From a virus (Duplodnaviria; Caudoviricetes), in IMG/VR virus record IMGVR_UViG_3300011429_000003, positions 2,184 to 66,183 of that record: DNA of 64,000 nucleotides, one strand, 5' to 3'. The position numbers and the translations under genes were made by a program. Positions 37,371 to 46,774 of the stretch are shown in pieces (position 1 is the stretch's first letter; every line of letters begins with the position of its first letter). The notes beneath the pieces were generated by a model that was not told the origin of the DNA, searched no databases, and saw nothing but the letters and a program-made list of their open reading frames with translations.

Positions 37371-40300
37371 ATGGGTTGGTTCCTCATAGCGCTGGTCATC
37401 GCCAGCTTCATCTACACCCGGTTCTTCGCGCCGAAGCCCAACATAGAGGACGCACGCCCCGGTAAGCTGGACGATATCCGCTTCCCGCGCGCGACTGCGG
37501 GGGCACCCATACCGATGATCTACGGCAAGGTGCGGCTGCGCAGCCCGAACACCGCGTGGTTCGGGAACTTCAAGTCGAACCCGATGAAGAAGAACGATCA
37601 GGTTGTCGGTTATCAGTACTTCCTCAACATGGACCTGGCGCTGTGCCTGGGGCCGGACGTGACACTACACCAAGTCTTCGCTGGCAAGAAGTCTGCAACT
37701 GTACCTATCACGTTGAACGGCAACGGTGTCACGTTTCTGGTCAACGTGCCTAGCTTGTTCGGTGGTCCGAGCAAGGGCGGCGGGCTGCGCGGCACCATCC
37801 GATACTACAGCGGCGGGTTCACGCAGAGCAGGAACGTGCTCATCTCTGGCCTGGCTACCAACGGTGCGGACCTCCCCGGCTACGTGGGCGTGGCGCACGT
37901 GGTGTTCGAGAACAACGTAGAGACCAGGACCTTTCCGATCATCGGTACGATAACGACCACGAATCCGTTCTATATCGGTACGCAGGCCACCATGCAGCCG
38001 CTGAGCTTCGTGTTGTCCAGGTACCCGGACGGGCTCGGCCTGGGTGCGAATCGTCTCATCGGCGATGACCTGAACCCAGCGGAGATCATCTACAGTCTTC
38101 TCACCGATCAGTGGGGCGGCCTGGGCTTGGCAGCGGCTGAAGTGGAGAAGTCGTCGTTCACGGCTGTGGGTACCACGCTGAAGGCGGAGAGCAACGGCGC
38201 CAGTCTGATCGTGTCCAATCAGAACGACGCAACGGGTGTTCTGGAGGAGATCCTGACGCAGGTGGACGGTATTCTCTTCCAGGACCCGGCCACCGGCAAG
38301 ATCAACATGCGGTTGGTGCGAGAGGACTATGTCATAGGAACGCTACCGGTATTTGACGAGACGAACGTGGAGTCCGTTGACTCGTTCAGCCGCAGCAGCT
38401 GGTCCGAGACCAGCAACCAGATACGCCTCATCTACAACAGCAGGGCCAAGCGCTACAGCGAGGCGACGGCCATCGCGCAGGACGGCGCCAGCATCAGCGC
38501 GCAGGGGCGCGTGAACAGCGCCGAGCTGAACTACCCCGCCGTGACCACCGAGGCGCTGGCTACTGCGCTGGCCACGCGCGAGCTGGCGTACCGCAGCGTG
38601 CCTATGTTCCGCGCCACACTGCGCGTAACCCGTGCGGCCAGCGCCCTGCGCCCCGGCGACCCGTTCGTGTTCTCGTGGGCGCGGTTCGGTCTGTCGCAGG
38701 TGGTCATGCGCGTGCAGCGCTTCGACTTCGGAGAGCTGATCAACGGCAGCGTGGTGCTGGACTGCGTGCAGGACAAGTTCGCCGTGGCCGCCACCGTGTA
38801 CGCGGAACCGCCCGGTGGTCTGGACGATCCCGGCGAGATCACCGCGCTGGACATCGTCAAGTACAACGTGTTCGAGGCGCCCTACCACCTGCTCCAGCTG
38901 CCGTGGGTACAGTTCCCCATCGTGGCGGACAGCAGCTACATCTGGGCACTCGCGCGAGACCCGAGCAACCAGCACGACGGGTTTGACTTCGTCACGTCGC
39001 TGGACAACTTCGTTGAGGACATCGTCACTCAGTTGGACAGTGCCTTCTTCCTGCTGAGCGCGGAACTGATGACTGCCGTGCACAGGACACAGGCGCAGGA
39101 CGACGGCATACTTACCAAGATAGTGGTGCAGGCGCCGTACCCCAACGGGGATATCTTCGGTACGCAGAGTGCGGCCGACATCCGTACCGCCAAGGGCTTG
39201 TTCATCATGAACGGCGAGATCATGGGCTACGAGAGTCGTACGGACAACGGGAACGGCACGTACGACCTGAACTTGGTGCACCGCGCGCTGCTGGACACAA
39301 CCTTCCAGGATCACGCTGTCGGCGACGCGGTGTTCTTTCTGAACGAGACCACCAACCTCAGCAGCTACACCAACGCCGACACTGGCACCCTGTACTACCA
39401 GCTGCTGTCGTTCACGGCCACGCAGGCCCAGGTCTTGGGAGACTTCCCAACGCAGCAGCTGGTGCGGAACCAGCGCTACGACCGGCCCCTGCCGCCGGAC
39501 CTGATGGAGGTGGAGGGGTTGCGCGCACCCATAGAGGTGCTCAGCGTAACGGACGTGGACATCACGGCCTACCTGGAGCGCAACCGCGTCACGCCGGAGG
39601 AGGTCGTACTGTTGGCTGACAGTGCCGACACCCCTGAGGCCAGCACCACCTACACGGCGCGCCTGTACCTGGACGGTACGCTGCTGGCCACCAGCACCAG
39701 CCTGACGCACGCGGGGCTGCCGCACAACCTGGCGGGCCTCAGTGGCACGGGCCTGGGGCGCGTGGAGCTGGAGGCGGTGCGCGCGGTGGGTGCCAGCTGG
39801 ACGGTGGACTGGGCGGAGTTCTTCTACGCCAACTACCTGTCGCTGTCCGCGGAACGCCTGACCAACCCCGGGTTCGAGAGTGGTTTGACCGGCTGGACCA
39901 ACGTGAGCGGCACGTGGACCACGACCACCACCGTGTACCCGCTGGACGCGGTGCGCGTAGTGGGCGCCAGCAGCGACGACGACCATCTGCAGTCCACGGG
40001 CGGCGGTACCAACGAGCGGCGCCAGGACTACACCATACCCGGCGCGGACGACGGCAAGAGCGCGCTGCTCCGAGTGTACAAGGGCGGGCTGGGCAGCGCC
40101 ACGGGCCAGATCATCCTTGAGATACGCGACGGTGGTGGCCCGCTGAAGACCGTCACCACCACGCTGGCAGCCGCCACGACTGTCGGTAAGTGGGAGCTGA
40201 TAGAGATACCGTTCTCGCTGCGTACCGCCGCCACCATCGTGCGCGTGCGCGTGGTGGGTACGGGGGCGGGCAGCGTGTGGGACAACATCAGCTTGAAGAA

Positions 40301-41135
40301 CCATACGACCAGTCCCATCTCCACACTGACGTACGACACCGTGACAGGCGTGACACCGCAGGGTATCTGGGCACTGCGGAAGGCCCACAGCACCTACGCG
40401 GGCGCGGTGGTACGCCTGCGTGACACGTTCGACGACACGGAGCAGGACGTCGGGTTCGACACCGACGGCAACCTGGACGCGTTCTGGGTACGCGGGCAGG
40501 CGCGCGTGGTCACGTGGTACGACCAGAGCGGCAACGGCGTCAACCTGAACGCGGCAAGCCCCGCCAAGCAGCCCAGGCTGCTGTGGAATCTGACGGAGAC
40601 GGGCCGCCCCTATGTCGATTTCTTCGGTGGCTGTGCGCTGCGCGATCCCACCGCTGGCACCACGCGGCCCTACATGACCACGCGACCCAACGTGGTGATG
40701 GCCATCGGCCCGAAGCGTGACAGCAGCGCCGCCTTCGTGGTGACGATACCCCACCAGGACGCGAGCCACAGTAGTCCGTTCTACCGGTGGGGCCTAGCCA
40801 CCGCAGGCACCGACTATCGTTGGTCCGTGGACGGCACAGAGGAGAACGACGCGGGCAACACGGCCATCAACAGCGGCAAGCATGTCGTGCTGATAGACTA
40901 CCAGAACGGTAACTTCTACGAGTCCAACGACGCCACGGCTGCGGACACGTTCACGGCGGCGAACATCACCTACCCCAACAGCACGCGGCTGCGCATCGGA
41001 GAGGACGCTGCAGCTGGCAACCCGTGGACTGGCACGCTCAGCGAGCTGTGTATCTACGACGGCAACGTGGCCAACGGGGACAGGCAGACGATCATGGAAG
41101 GTGTCAGCGCGTACTGGTACAACTTCACGGCATAA
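37371..41135 (+). CDS. Tail tip / host-specificity protein with C-terminal carbohydrate-binding domains
   Basis: IPMIYGKVRL, NPAEIIY..LTD..GGLG; LTNPGFESGLTGW CBM-like; GIWALRK...VVRLR...VVTWYDQSGNG lectin-like. Confidence 0.85.
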   Translation: MGWFLIALVIASFIYTRFFAPKPNIEDARPGKLDDIRFPRATAGAPIPMIYGKVRLRSPNTAWFGNFKSNPMKKNDQVVGYQYFLNMDLALCLGPDVTLHQVFAGKKSATVPITLNGNGVTFLVNVPSLFGGPSKGGGLRGTIRYYSGGFTQSRNVLISGLATNGADLPGYVGVAHVVFENNVETRTFPIIGTITTTNPFYIGTQATMQPLSFVLSRYPDGLGLGANRLIGDDLNPAEIIYSLLTDQWGGLGLAAAEVEKSSFTAVGTTLKAESNGASLIVSNQNDATGVLEEILTQVDGILFQDPATGKINMRLVREDYVIGTLPVFDETNVESVDSFSRSSWSETSNQIRLIYNSRAKRYSEATAIAQDGASISAQGRVNSAELNYPAVTTEALATALATRELAYRSVPMFRATLRVTRAASALRPGDPFVFSWARFGLSQVVMRVQRFDFGELINGSVVLDCVQDKFAVAATVYAEPPGGLDDPGEITALDIVKYNVFEAPYHLLQLPWVQFPIVADSSYIWALARDPSNQHDGFDFVTSLDNFVEDIVTQLDSAFFLLSAELMTAVHRTQAQDDGILTKIVVQAPYPNGDIFGTQSAADIRTAKGLFIMNGEIMGYESRTDNGNGTYDLNLVHRALLDTTFQDHAVGDAVFFLNETTNLSSYTNADTGTLYYQLLSFTATQAQVLGDFPTQQLVRNQRYDRPLPPDLMEVEGLRAPIEVLSVTDVDITAYLERNRVTPEEVVLLADSADTPEASTTYTARLYLDGTLLATSTSLTHAGLPHNLAGLSGTGLGRVELEAVRAVGASWTVDWAEFFYANYLSLSAERLTNPGFESGLTGWTNVSGTWTTTTTVYPLDAVRVVGASSDDDHLQSTGGGTNERRQDYTIPGADDGKSALLRVYKGGLGSATGQIILEIRDGGGPLKTVTTTLAAATTVGKWELIEIPFSLRTAATIVRVRVVGTGAGSVWDNISLKNHTTSPISTLTYDTVTGVTPQGIWALRKAHSTYAGAVVRLRDTFDDTEQDVGFDTDGNLDAFWVRGQARVVTWYDQSGNGVNLNAASPAKQPRLLWNLTETGRPYVDFFGGCALRDPTAGTTRPYMTTRPNVVMAIGPKRDSSAAFVVTIPHQDASHSSPFYRWGLATAGTDYRWSVDGTEENDAGNTAINSGKHVVLIDYQNGNFYESNDATAADTFTAANITYPNSTRLRIGEDAAAGNPWTGTLSELCIYDGNVANGDRQTIMEGVSAYWYNFTA

Positions 41136-41202
41136 AGTTGTTGCCGTGCTATCTGAGCGGCACATAGGGTTCTCGTAGGAGGAGTAGAGGGAGCAAGGGC
41201 AC

Positions 41203-41583
41203 ATGAAGTTTCTCAAGGCAATCGGTAAAGGTGCGGGCGCGTTGGTGCAGCTGGCGACGCCCGTGGTGTTGAGCGCCATCTCGCCGGAGTCGTTGATCAA
41301 CGTGGCGGCGGGCGGTGTTGTCAAGCACACCATCAGAGACACGCGAGTCAACCAGAAGATCCCCGCGATGAGCGTGGCGGCCAGCGTGCTAGTGCGCTAC
41401 CTGCACGGGGCCGTGACCACCGGTGACTGGGTGGGCGGTATCGCGGGGGCCGTGCAGGGCGGCATGCAGCAGGCCGGTATCGGCTGGGCCATTCACCAGT
41501 CGGTCAAGATTCCTGCGGCCCAGCTGGTAAAGGATCCGGTACTGGCTGAGAAGGTTGGTCCGGGCGGAAAGTTCAGTCTGTGA
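41203..41583 (+). CDS. Hydrophobic protein, holin candidate
   Basis: Several Gly/Ala-rich hydrophobic segments near the lysis genes. Confidence 0.4.
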   Translation: MKFLKAIGKGAGALVQLATPVVLSAISPESLINVAAGGVVKHTIRDTRVNQKIPAMSVAASVLVRYLHGAVTTGDWVGGIAGAVQGGMQQAGIGWAIHQSVKIPAAQLVKDPVLAEKVGPGGKFSL

Positions 41584-42797
41584 TCATGCCGCCTGTTGCA
41601 GTATCTGCAGCCAGCGGCTACTTCCCATCGTTCGGGACGGCGCCCAGCCTAGCTGTGGGCGCCAACCCGACGCGGCGCCTGATGGTGCAGCACCGGCGCA
41701 GTCGCATACGGCAGGACGGTACCATCAAGGAGCTGGAGTTCTACGTCGGTACGCTGACCGGCTACACGTCGCTCGTCTTCTCGGCGTGGCGCTGGACCGG
41801 CAGCACGTACACGCGCGTGGGTTCGTGCGAGAACCTGATCTCCCGCCTCACGCCCAACGCCCTGAATCGTGTCAAGCTGGGGCAGTACATAGTTAACGCG
41901 AGTGAGGGCGACTACGGCGAGTTCGCGTTGGCGGGCACACCTGGCAGCGGCAACATACTGGTGGGTACGGCCAGCGGCACCGGCAAGAGCAACCTGTGGG
42001 ACGCGCAGGCAGCCACCGACACGTTCAACTGGGAGACCGCCGCCGCCGTAGCCGACACGCACGTTCAGTTCAAGGCGTACATGGACACGCCGCAGTTCGC
42101 CGCTATCGGTGACAGCTGGACAGCTGGCGTGTTCGGGCATCGCAGTTTCATAGAGGACCGCGACGTCAGCGAGGACCACACCCAGACGGACGTGACTGGC
42201 ACGTGGGAGCGGCAGTTCTTCCTGCGCAGTGGCTGGACCTACCAGAACGTAGGCGTAGGCGGAGAGGACAGCATCACAACCGCTGCCCGCCTGGCTGACG
42301 CCCTGGACACCGGAGCACAGGGCATCTTCGTGCACACCGGGTGGAACAACGTGCGCGGCGGTAGCCCAGACTTCAACGCCTACATGACATCCATCACCGG
42401 CATCAACAACGCGATCAAGGCAGCCGGGCGTATCCACCTGCACATGGAGCCCAGTCCGCTCACCGGCGAACCCAACGCCAACCACGTGACTATGGACACG
42501 TGGTTCACCAGCGCCAAGGGGGCCATCGTGGGTGGGGGCGGTTACGTAGTGCCCATGCGGTACCTCGTGGGGCAGCCGCGCGCGGGTGGTGCCACTGGCA
42601 ACCGCTGGGACATAACCACCGGCATGGCCGCTGGCGACAACATTCATCCGAACAACGCAGGCAAGCAGGCGATAGCGCAGGCCATGTACGAGCAGACACT
42701 GATGCTGCTGGGGCCTTCTGGCACAGCCAGCAACATGGGTATGCTGGCTATCTCGCAGACGCGCAGCACGCGCAGATTCAGGAAGGGGAGAGAGTGA
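41580..42797 (+). CDS. SGNH/GDSL hydrolase-domain protein
   Basis: IGDSWT (block I), GVGG (II), GWNN (III), DNIHPN (V). Confidence 0.85.
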   Translation: MIMPPVAVSAASGYFPSFGTAPSLAVGANPTRRLMVQHRRSRIRQDGTIKELEFYVGTLTGYTSLVFSAWRWTGSTYTRVGSCENLISRLTPNALNRVKLGQYIVNASEGDYGEFALAGTPGSGNILVGTASGTGKSNLWDAQAATDTFNWETAAAVADTHVQFKAYMDTPQFAAIGDSWTAGVFGHRSFIEDRDVSEDHTQTDVTGTWERQFFLRSGWTYQNVGVGGEDSITTAARLADALDTGAQGIFVHTGWNNVRGGSPDFNAYMTSITGINNAIKAAGRIHLHMEPSPLTGEPNANHVTMDTWFTSAKGAIVGGGGYVVPMRYLVGQPRAGGATGNRWDITTGMAAGDNIHPNNAGKQAIAQAMYEQTLMLLGPSGTASNMGMLAISQTRSTRRFRKGRE

Positions 42798-43345
42798 CGC
42801 TAGAACTCGGTGACTGGGGCGTGATCGGTGGGCTGCTCGTCGTCTTCGGCAAGCTGGCTCACTGGTACATAGGCCGCGAGGTGGGTAAGGCACAGGCAGA
42901 GACCCTGAACCTGCGTACCTATGTAGAGGGAGAGCTGAAACCGCTGCGGGCGCTGTATAACGTCATCTTCGAGGAGGGGATCCTCGGCCTGATACGCAAG
43001 AACTTGGCCGCACGCAACAGCCCGCTCAAGTTGACGCTGGACGTCAACGACATGTTGGACCGCGTGGGGCGCGACAGTGTTCCGCCTGAGTTCGTGGACT
43101 ACTACCGCGAGCTGGTCGCCAGTAGCGAGATAGACAGCAAGGGCAAGATCGTCGCAGCCGTGCTGGAGAAGTTCGGTGGTGCCGGTGTGGACGACGCACA
43201 GTCCAAGCTGTCGTTGGAGGCGGCCCGCATGGGCCTGAACGTGTTCGAGTCCATCGCGCTGTGGGTGCAGTTCGTACTGGAGGGCAAGCAGCGCGGCGCG
43301 GACGCCGTGCTCTCGGACCTGAATCTACTCAAGGAAGGGAACTAA
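42794..43345 (+). CDS. Membrane-anchored hypothetical protein (lysis region)
   Basis: N-terminal TM WGVIGGLLVVFGKLAHW. Confidence 0.55.
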   Translation: MTLELGDWGVIGGLLVVFGKLAHWYIGREVGKAQAETLNLRTYVEGELKPLRALYNVIFEEGILGLIRKNLAARNSPLKLTLDVNDMLDRVGRDSVPPEFVDYYRELVASSEIDSKGKIVAAVLEKFGGAGVDDAQSKLSLEAARMGLNVFESIALWVQFVLEGKQRGADAVLSDLNLLKEGN

Positions 43346-43348
43346 CAC

Positions 43349-43894
43349 ATGGCCAAGTTCGACGCGGCGTTGCAGCACCTGTTCGCGCTGGAGGGGGGCT
43401 GGGTCAAGCACCCAGCCGACCCGGGCGGCGAGACCTACCGGGGCATCAGTCGCAGGTATCACCCGGACTGGCCCGGCTGGCGCCACGTTGACGCCCAGGA
43501 CCGCAGCCCGCTGCAGCTGGACGCCCTGGCTGGCGACTTCTACCGTGGCCGGTACTGGGCGGTCCTCGGACCGGTGATGGAACAGGTAGCGGACAGCCTA
43601 GGAAGCGAGCTACTGGACCAGGCCGTGCACACCAACCCGGGGCGCGCCGTGGAGCACCTGCAGCGCGCGCTGAACGCCCTGAACCGACAGGGCAAGCTGT
43701 GGCCCGACGTCTCCGTCGACGGACGCCTGGGGCCAGGTACGGCAGCTGCCGCCGCGAAGGCAGAGCAGGAGGGGCGCACCAAGGCGGTGGTGGGCACCAT
43801 GAACGTGATCCAGGGGGCGTACCTCCTGGCACGCGTGGAGGAGACATCCAGCAAGGAGGAGTTCTGGCTGGGCTGGCTCCGGAGACTGTACTAA
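43349..43894 (+). CDS. Endolysin, glycoside hydrolase family 108 with peptidoglycan-binding domain
   Basis: LEGGWVKHPADPGGETYRGIS; LQRALN...DGRLGPGT; FWLGWL. Confidence 0.93.
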   Translation: MAKFDAALQHLFALEGGWVKHPADPGGETYRGISRRYHPDWPGWRHVDAQDRSPLQLDALAGDFYRGRYWAVLGPVMEQVADSLGSELLDQAVHTNPGRAVEHLQRALNALNRQGKLWPDVSVDGRLGPGTAAAAAKAEQEGRTKAVVGTMNVIQGAYLLARVEETSSKEEFWLGWLRRLY

Positions 43895-43911
43895 CCGAAG
43901 GAGAGAAGAAG

Positions 43912-44133
43912 ATGACTTTCACACCTGAGAGCAAGGCCCAGCTGGACGCAGCTGGCAAGGCGCTGTACGGAATGATCGACGGTCTCGGCAACGGGTTCAA
44001 CTACGAGGACGTGCAGGCCGCGTTCGGCGCGGCGATGGCCTCCAAGGAAGTCGTGGACGAGATCAAGGCGGACAAGGCGCGGGCGTTGGCCTGCATCGTG
44101 GCCGCCGCGCTCGGATCGTTCGGTACTTCCTAG
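43912..44133 (+). CDS. Small hypothetical protein
   Basis: SD AAGGAG. Confidence 0.55.
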   Translation: MTFTPESKAQLDAAGKALYGMIDGLGNGFNYEDVQAAFGAAMASKEVVDEIKADKARALACIVAAALGSFGTS

Positions 44134-44150
44134 GAGGGAGGTGATCAGAG

Positions 44151-44225
44151 GTGCCCAAGAAGAAACCCGCCAAGCCACCTAAGAAGAAGGGTGGCGGTAA
44201 GTCTAAGAAGCCCGCCTCGTACTGA
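44151..44225 (+). CDS. 24-aa Lys/Pro-rich micropeptide
   Basis: GGAGGTG 8 nt before GTG; MPKKKPAKPPKKKGGGKSKKPASY. Confidence 0.45.
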   Translation: MPKKKPAKPPKKKGGGKSKKPASY

Positions 44226-44280
44226 CGAGCCCTTGTTCGCGAGAGGCCCCTGGCGCATCCACTCTTCAACGCCGGGGGCC

Positions 44281-44463
44281 TCACTGTTGTTCCCACCCGC
44301 GCAGTCGCAGGTTGACCAGCGCCAGCTCCCAGTGCCAGGCAGGGCAGTAGAAGTGCCGCTGCCCGTTGGCCCGCTCCACCAACACGTCGTCTCCGTCCAG
44401 GAAGAACTTCAGCGGTTCTCCGCTGGACGACACCACGTGTCCTATCTCGCTACCGCGTACCAC
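44281..44463 (-). CDS. Small hypothetical protein
   Basis: GTG start overlapping upstream gene end. Confidence 0.35.
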   Translation of the reverse strand: MVRGSEIGHVVSSSGEPLKFFLDGDDVLVERANGQRHFYCPAWHWELALVNLRLRGWEQQ

Positions 44464-45197
44464 GGGTTCCACTGCTCCTCCTCCGGCGTCTCCGCCTGTG
44501 TCTTGTACAGATAGTACAGGCGCTCGTGTGTGTAGGCGCACGCCAGCAGCGCCGCCAGCTGGGCGCGCTGCCCTGCGGGGTCGTAGATACCGAACACGAC
44601 CGTCTTGCCACGACCCAGCATGGTAGTCATGCGCCCGCGCGCGCGATCCCATGCGGTCTGCGTGAATCGGCTGACGTCCAGCCCCACCTCTACCAACTGA
44701 TACGGCATGAGCTGCCCGAGGCCAGCCTGGGCCTTGCGCCGCAGCTCTGGTACGTTGTTCTCGTTAGTCCAGGTGGCGTAGTCGCCGAAGTTCACCAGGG
44801 CTCCGGCGGGACTGATCGCTGTCTGTATGTCGGCGCACAGCTGCGCCGCCGCCAGCTCCGTGCCGGGGGCCACCTCGAACGGTGTGTCTAGCATGATACC
44901 GTCCACACCGGTGCGGGCCACGTAGTGCTTGCAGCGTCGCGCCAGCTCCGCGCGTACCGTGGTGTCGGCTACGTCCAGGTAGACATCACCCGGTAGGTCG
45001 CGCGTGAGGCCGAGGTTGTACTTGTCGCGATAGGTGGGCTGCAGGTACTCGTAGAGTTTCGTGTCTGGGTGCTTGGTGCGTAGTTCCGCTACGTAGGGTT
45101 CCACCATGGCCATGATGAGCTGATAACGCCCAGCACGACGCACGGCCTGCTCTCTGCTGCTGGGTGGGTGTGGTAAGCTATCTGCAACGCGCAGCAC
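44442..45197 (-). CDS. Putative glycoside-hydrolase-like TIM-barrel protein
   Basis: YLDVADTTVR...GVDGIMLD, LVNFG pattern; strong SD. Confidence 0.4.
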   Translation of the reverse strand: MLRVADSLPHPPSSREQAVRRAGRYQLIMAMVEPYVAELRTKHPDTKLYEYLQPTYRDKYNLGLTRDLPGDVYLDVADTTVRAELARRCKHYVARTGVDGIMLDTPFEVAPGTELAAAQLCADIQTAISPAGALVNFGDYATWTNENNVPELRRKAQAGLGQLMPYQLVEVGLDVSRFTQTAWDRARGRMTTMLGRGKTVVFGIYDPAGQRAQLAALLACAYTHERLYYLYKTQAETPEEEQWNPWYAVAR

Positions 45198-45316
45198 GGC
45201 GCGCCTCCCTCTCTCCTCCTGGTGAAAGGGTTCGCGGTGCCCGCCTTGCCCGTCGGGCGACCGCTCTCCCCCCTTGACGCGCGGTGTTCCTTCTCACGGG
45301 GCCGCGCGCCTACGTG

Positions 45317-45535
45317 CTAGCCGCTGGTGCCGTCCGCATCTCCCGGTGGAGAAATGGAGTTCCAGTCTCGGCCGAAGTCGGACATGATCTCGATCATACA
45401 GCCCATGGCGAACCCGGGATGAAAGTGAGACCAAGCCCACAGCTCACAGGCGCTCATCTTCGCTTCCGCCTTCTGCACAGGCATGGCCATGGCGACCACC
45501 AGCAAGACGAGCAGTACACACAGGATCTTCTTCAT
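45317..45535 (-). CDS. Small secreted peptide
   Basis: MKKILCVLLVLLVVAMAMPVQKAEA signal peptide with AxA site; SD AGGAGG. Confidence 0.65.
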   Translation of the reverse strand: MKKILCVLLVLLVVAMAMPVQKAEAKMSACELWAWSHFHPGFAMGCMIEIMSDFGRDWNSISPPGDADGTSG

Positions 45536-46179
45536 CTCTGAACCTCCTGAGGTTCTACGTCCCAACTAACCACGCCGCCCTTGGGTTCATCTGGGAAGTG
45601 CGCGAAGGCGACGGCGCGCTGCTCCCCACCTACCTTCCACAGCTGGTGTTCTTCCGTAGCTGTGGCAGGACAGTCTATCATCTCGAACTTCATGGCTGGC
45701 TTCACGAAGAACACCTTGTCACTGCGGTAGCTGCCGCTCGTGGTGCGCAGCACGATAGTCTCCACCGTGGTGCCTAGTGGTATGCCGAAGGACCAGTACG
45801 TCCAGCTGCCCTCGCTGCGGACTTGCTTGAACGCCTGGAACATGCCGCCCTGTTCCATCACGTCCATGACGCCGCCGCAGCAGTCTCTCCGAGCCTCGTA
45901 GGTCGCCCACAGCGATACGTCGCGCATGGGCTGCGCCCAGTTGTTGGGCGCGGCTGCCAGTAGCAGGGGCAGCAGCAGCGCCACACAGGCAGCGACGCCG
46001 GGGCCGCCCCTGTCAGCCCCGGCGTCGTGTCTGTCTAGCGCTTGCGGAGCCACCAGAGCAGATCGACGAGATCGTTGCGCATTTCGGCTCACCTCCTTCC
46101 GCTTGAACCAACGGTGCAGCGGACCAGATACGGCTGCCGCTGCTATCAGCGCCAAGGCGAGCACGACGTCGTGTGTCAC
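45532..46179 (-). CDS. Membrane/exported hypothetical protein
   Basis: Two hydrophobic segments; ATGA overlap. Confidence 0.5.
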   Translation of the reverse strand: MTHDVVLALALIAAAAVSGPLHRWFKRKEVSRNAQRSRRSALVAPQALDRHDAGADRGGPGVAACVALLLPLLLAAAPNNWAQPMRDVSLWATYEARRDCCGGVMDVMEQGGMFQAFKQVRSEGSWTYWSFGIPLGTTVETIVLRTTSGSYRSDKVFFVKPAMKFEMIDCPATATEEHQLWKVGGEQRAVAFAHFPDEPKGGVVSWDVEPQEVQR

Positions 46180-46553
46180 GGGATCTCCTCCAGCATGAGG
46201 GGACGTACCTGTAGCGTGTCTGTCAGGTCGTGATAGCGGGCGCCGTAGTAGGCGGGGCCGGAGAGGCCGAACATGGTGATGGAGACGACGCGGCCCTTGT
46301 CGGTGCCAGCCGTGTCCGTGAACGCGAAGTGCAGATTACCTACGAAGACGGTGTCTACGTCCAGACAGAGCCTCTTCTTGGTAGGTGCCCACGCGCGGCA
46401 CACCTCCATGGGGGCTGCGTCTATGGCACCCCAGTGTACGCGGCGCCAGCCCGGTTCCACCGGGAACCCTGGCTTGCTGGGGTCTCTGCCCCCGAGCCAG
46501 ATCGCTATCATGATGAACGCGACGAGACCACCCACGATGGCGTAGCGTTTCAC
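46176..46553 (-). CDS. Membrane-anchored hypothetical protein
   Basis: N-terminal TM segment. Confidence 0.55.
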   Translation of the reverse strand: MKRYAIVGGLVAFIMIAIWLGGRDPSKPGFPVEPGWRRVHWGAIDAAPMEVCRAWAPTKKRLCLDVDTVFVGNLHFAFTDTAGTDKGRVVSITMFGLSGPAYYGARYHDLTDTLQVRPLMLEEIP

Positions 46554-46765
46554 AGCACCCTCCAGTACTCCACGAGACGTATGTCATCTTCACGCACGAG
46601 CTCTATGGCCCTGCGCTTACGCAGCGCCAGGAACTCCTGCAGCGGAAACGTGCGGTTGGGGTACAGCTTCGGTTCTCCCACGTAGGTGTCCACCAGATAC
46701 ACGCGCTTGTACTCGGTGCGCAGGCGGGCAGCCAGCACCTGCCCGGGCTTGATGTCCACGGCCAC
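46550..46765 (-). CDS. Small SH3-like hypothetical protein
   Basis: SD GAGG, GTGA overlap. Confidence 0.5.
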   Translation of the reverse strand: MAVDIKPGQVLAARLRTEYKRVYLVDTYVGEPKLYPNRTFPLQEFLALRKRRAIELVREDDIRLVEYWRVL

Positions 46766-46774
46766 AAGTATACC

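Noticed and set aside
38343-40769. Long 808-aa minus-strand ORF (likewise 28648-30711, 52784-54457, 23898-25124)
   Set aside because: Antisense shadows of well-supported structural or primase genes
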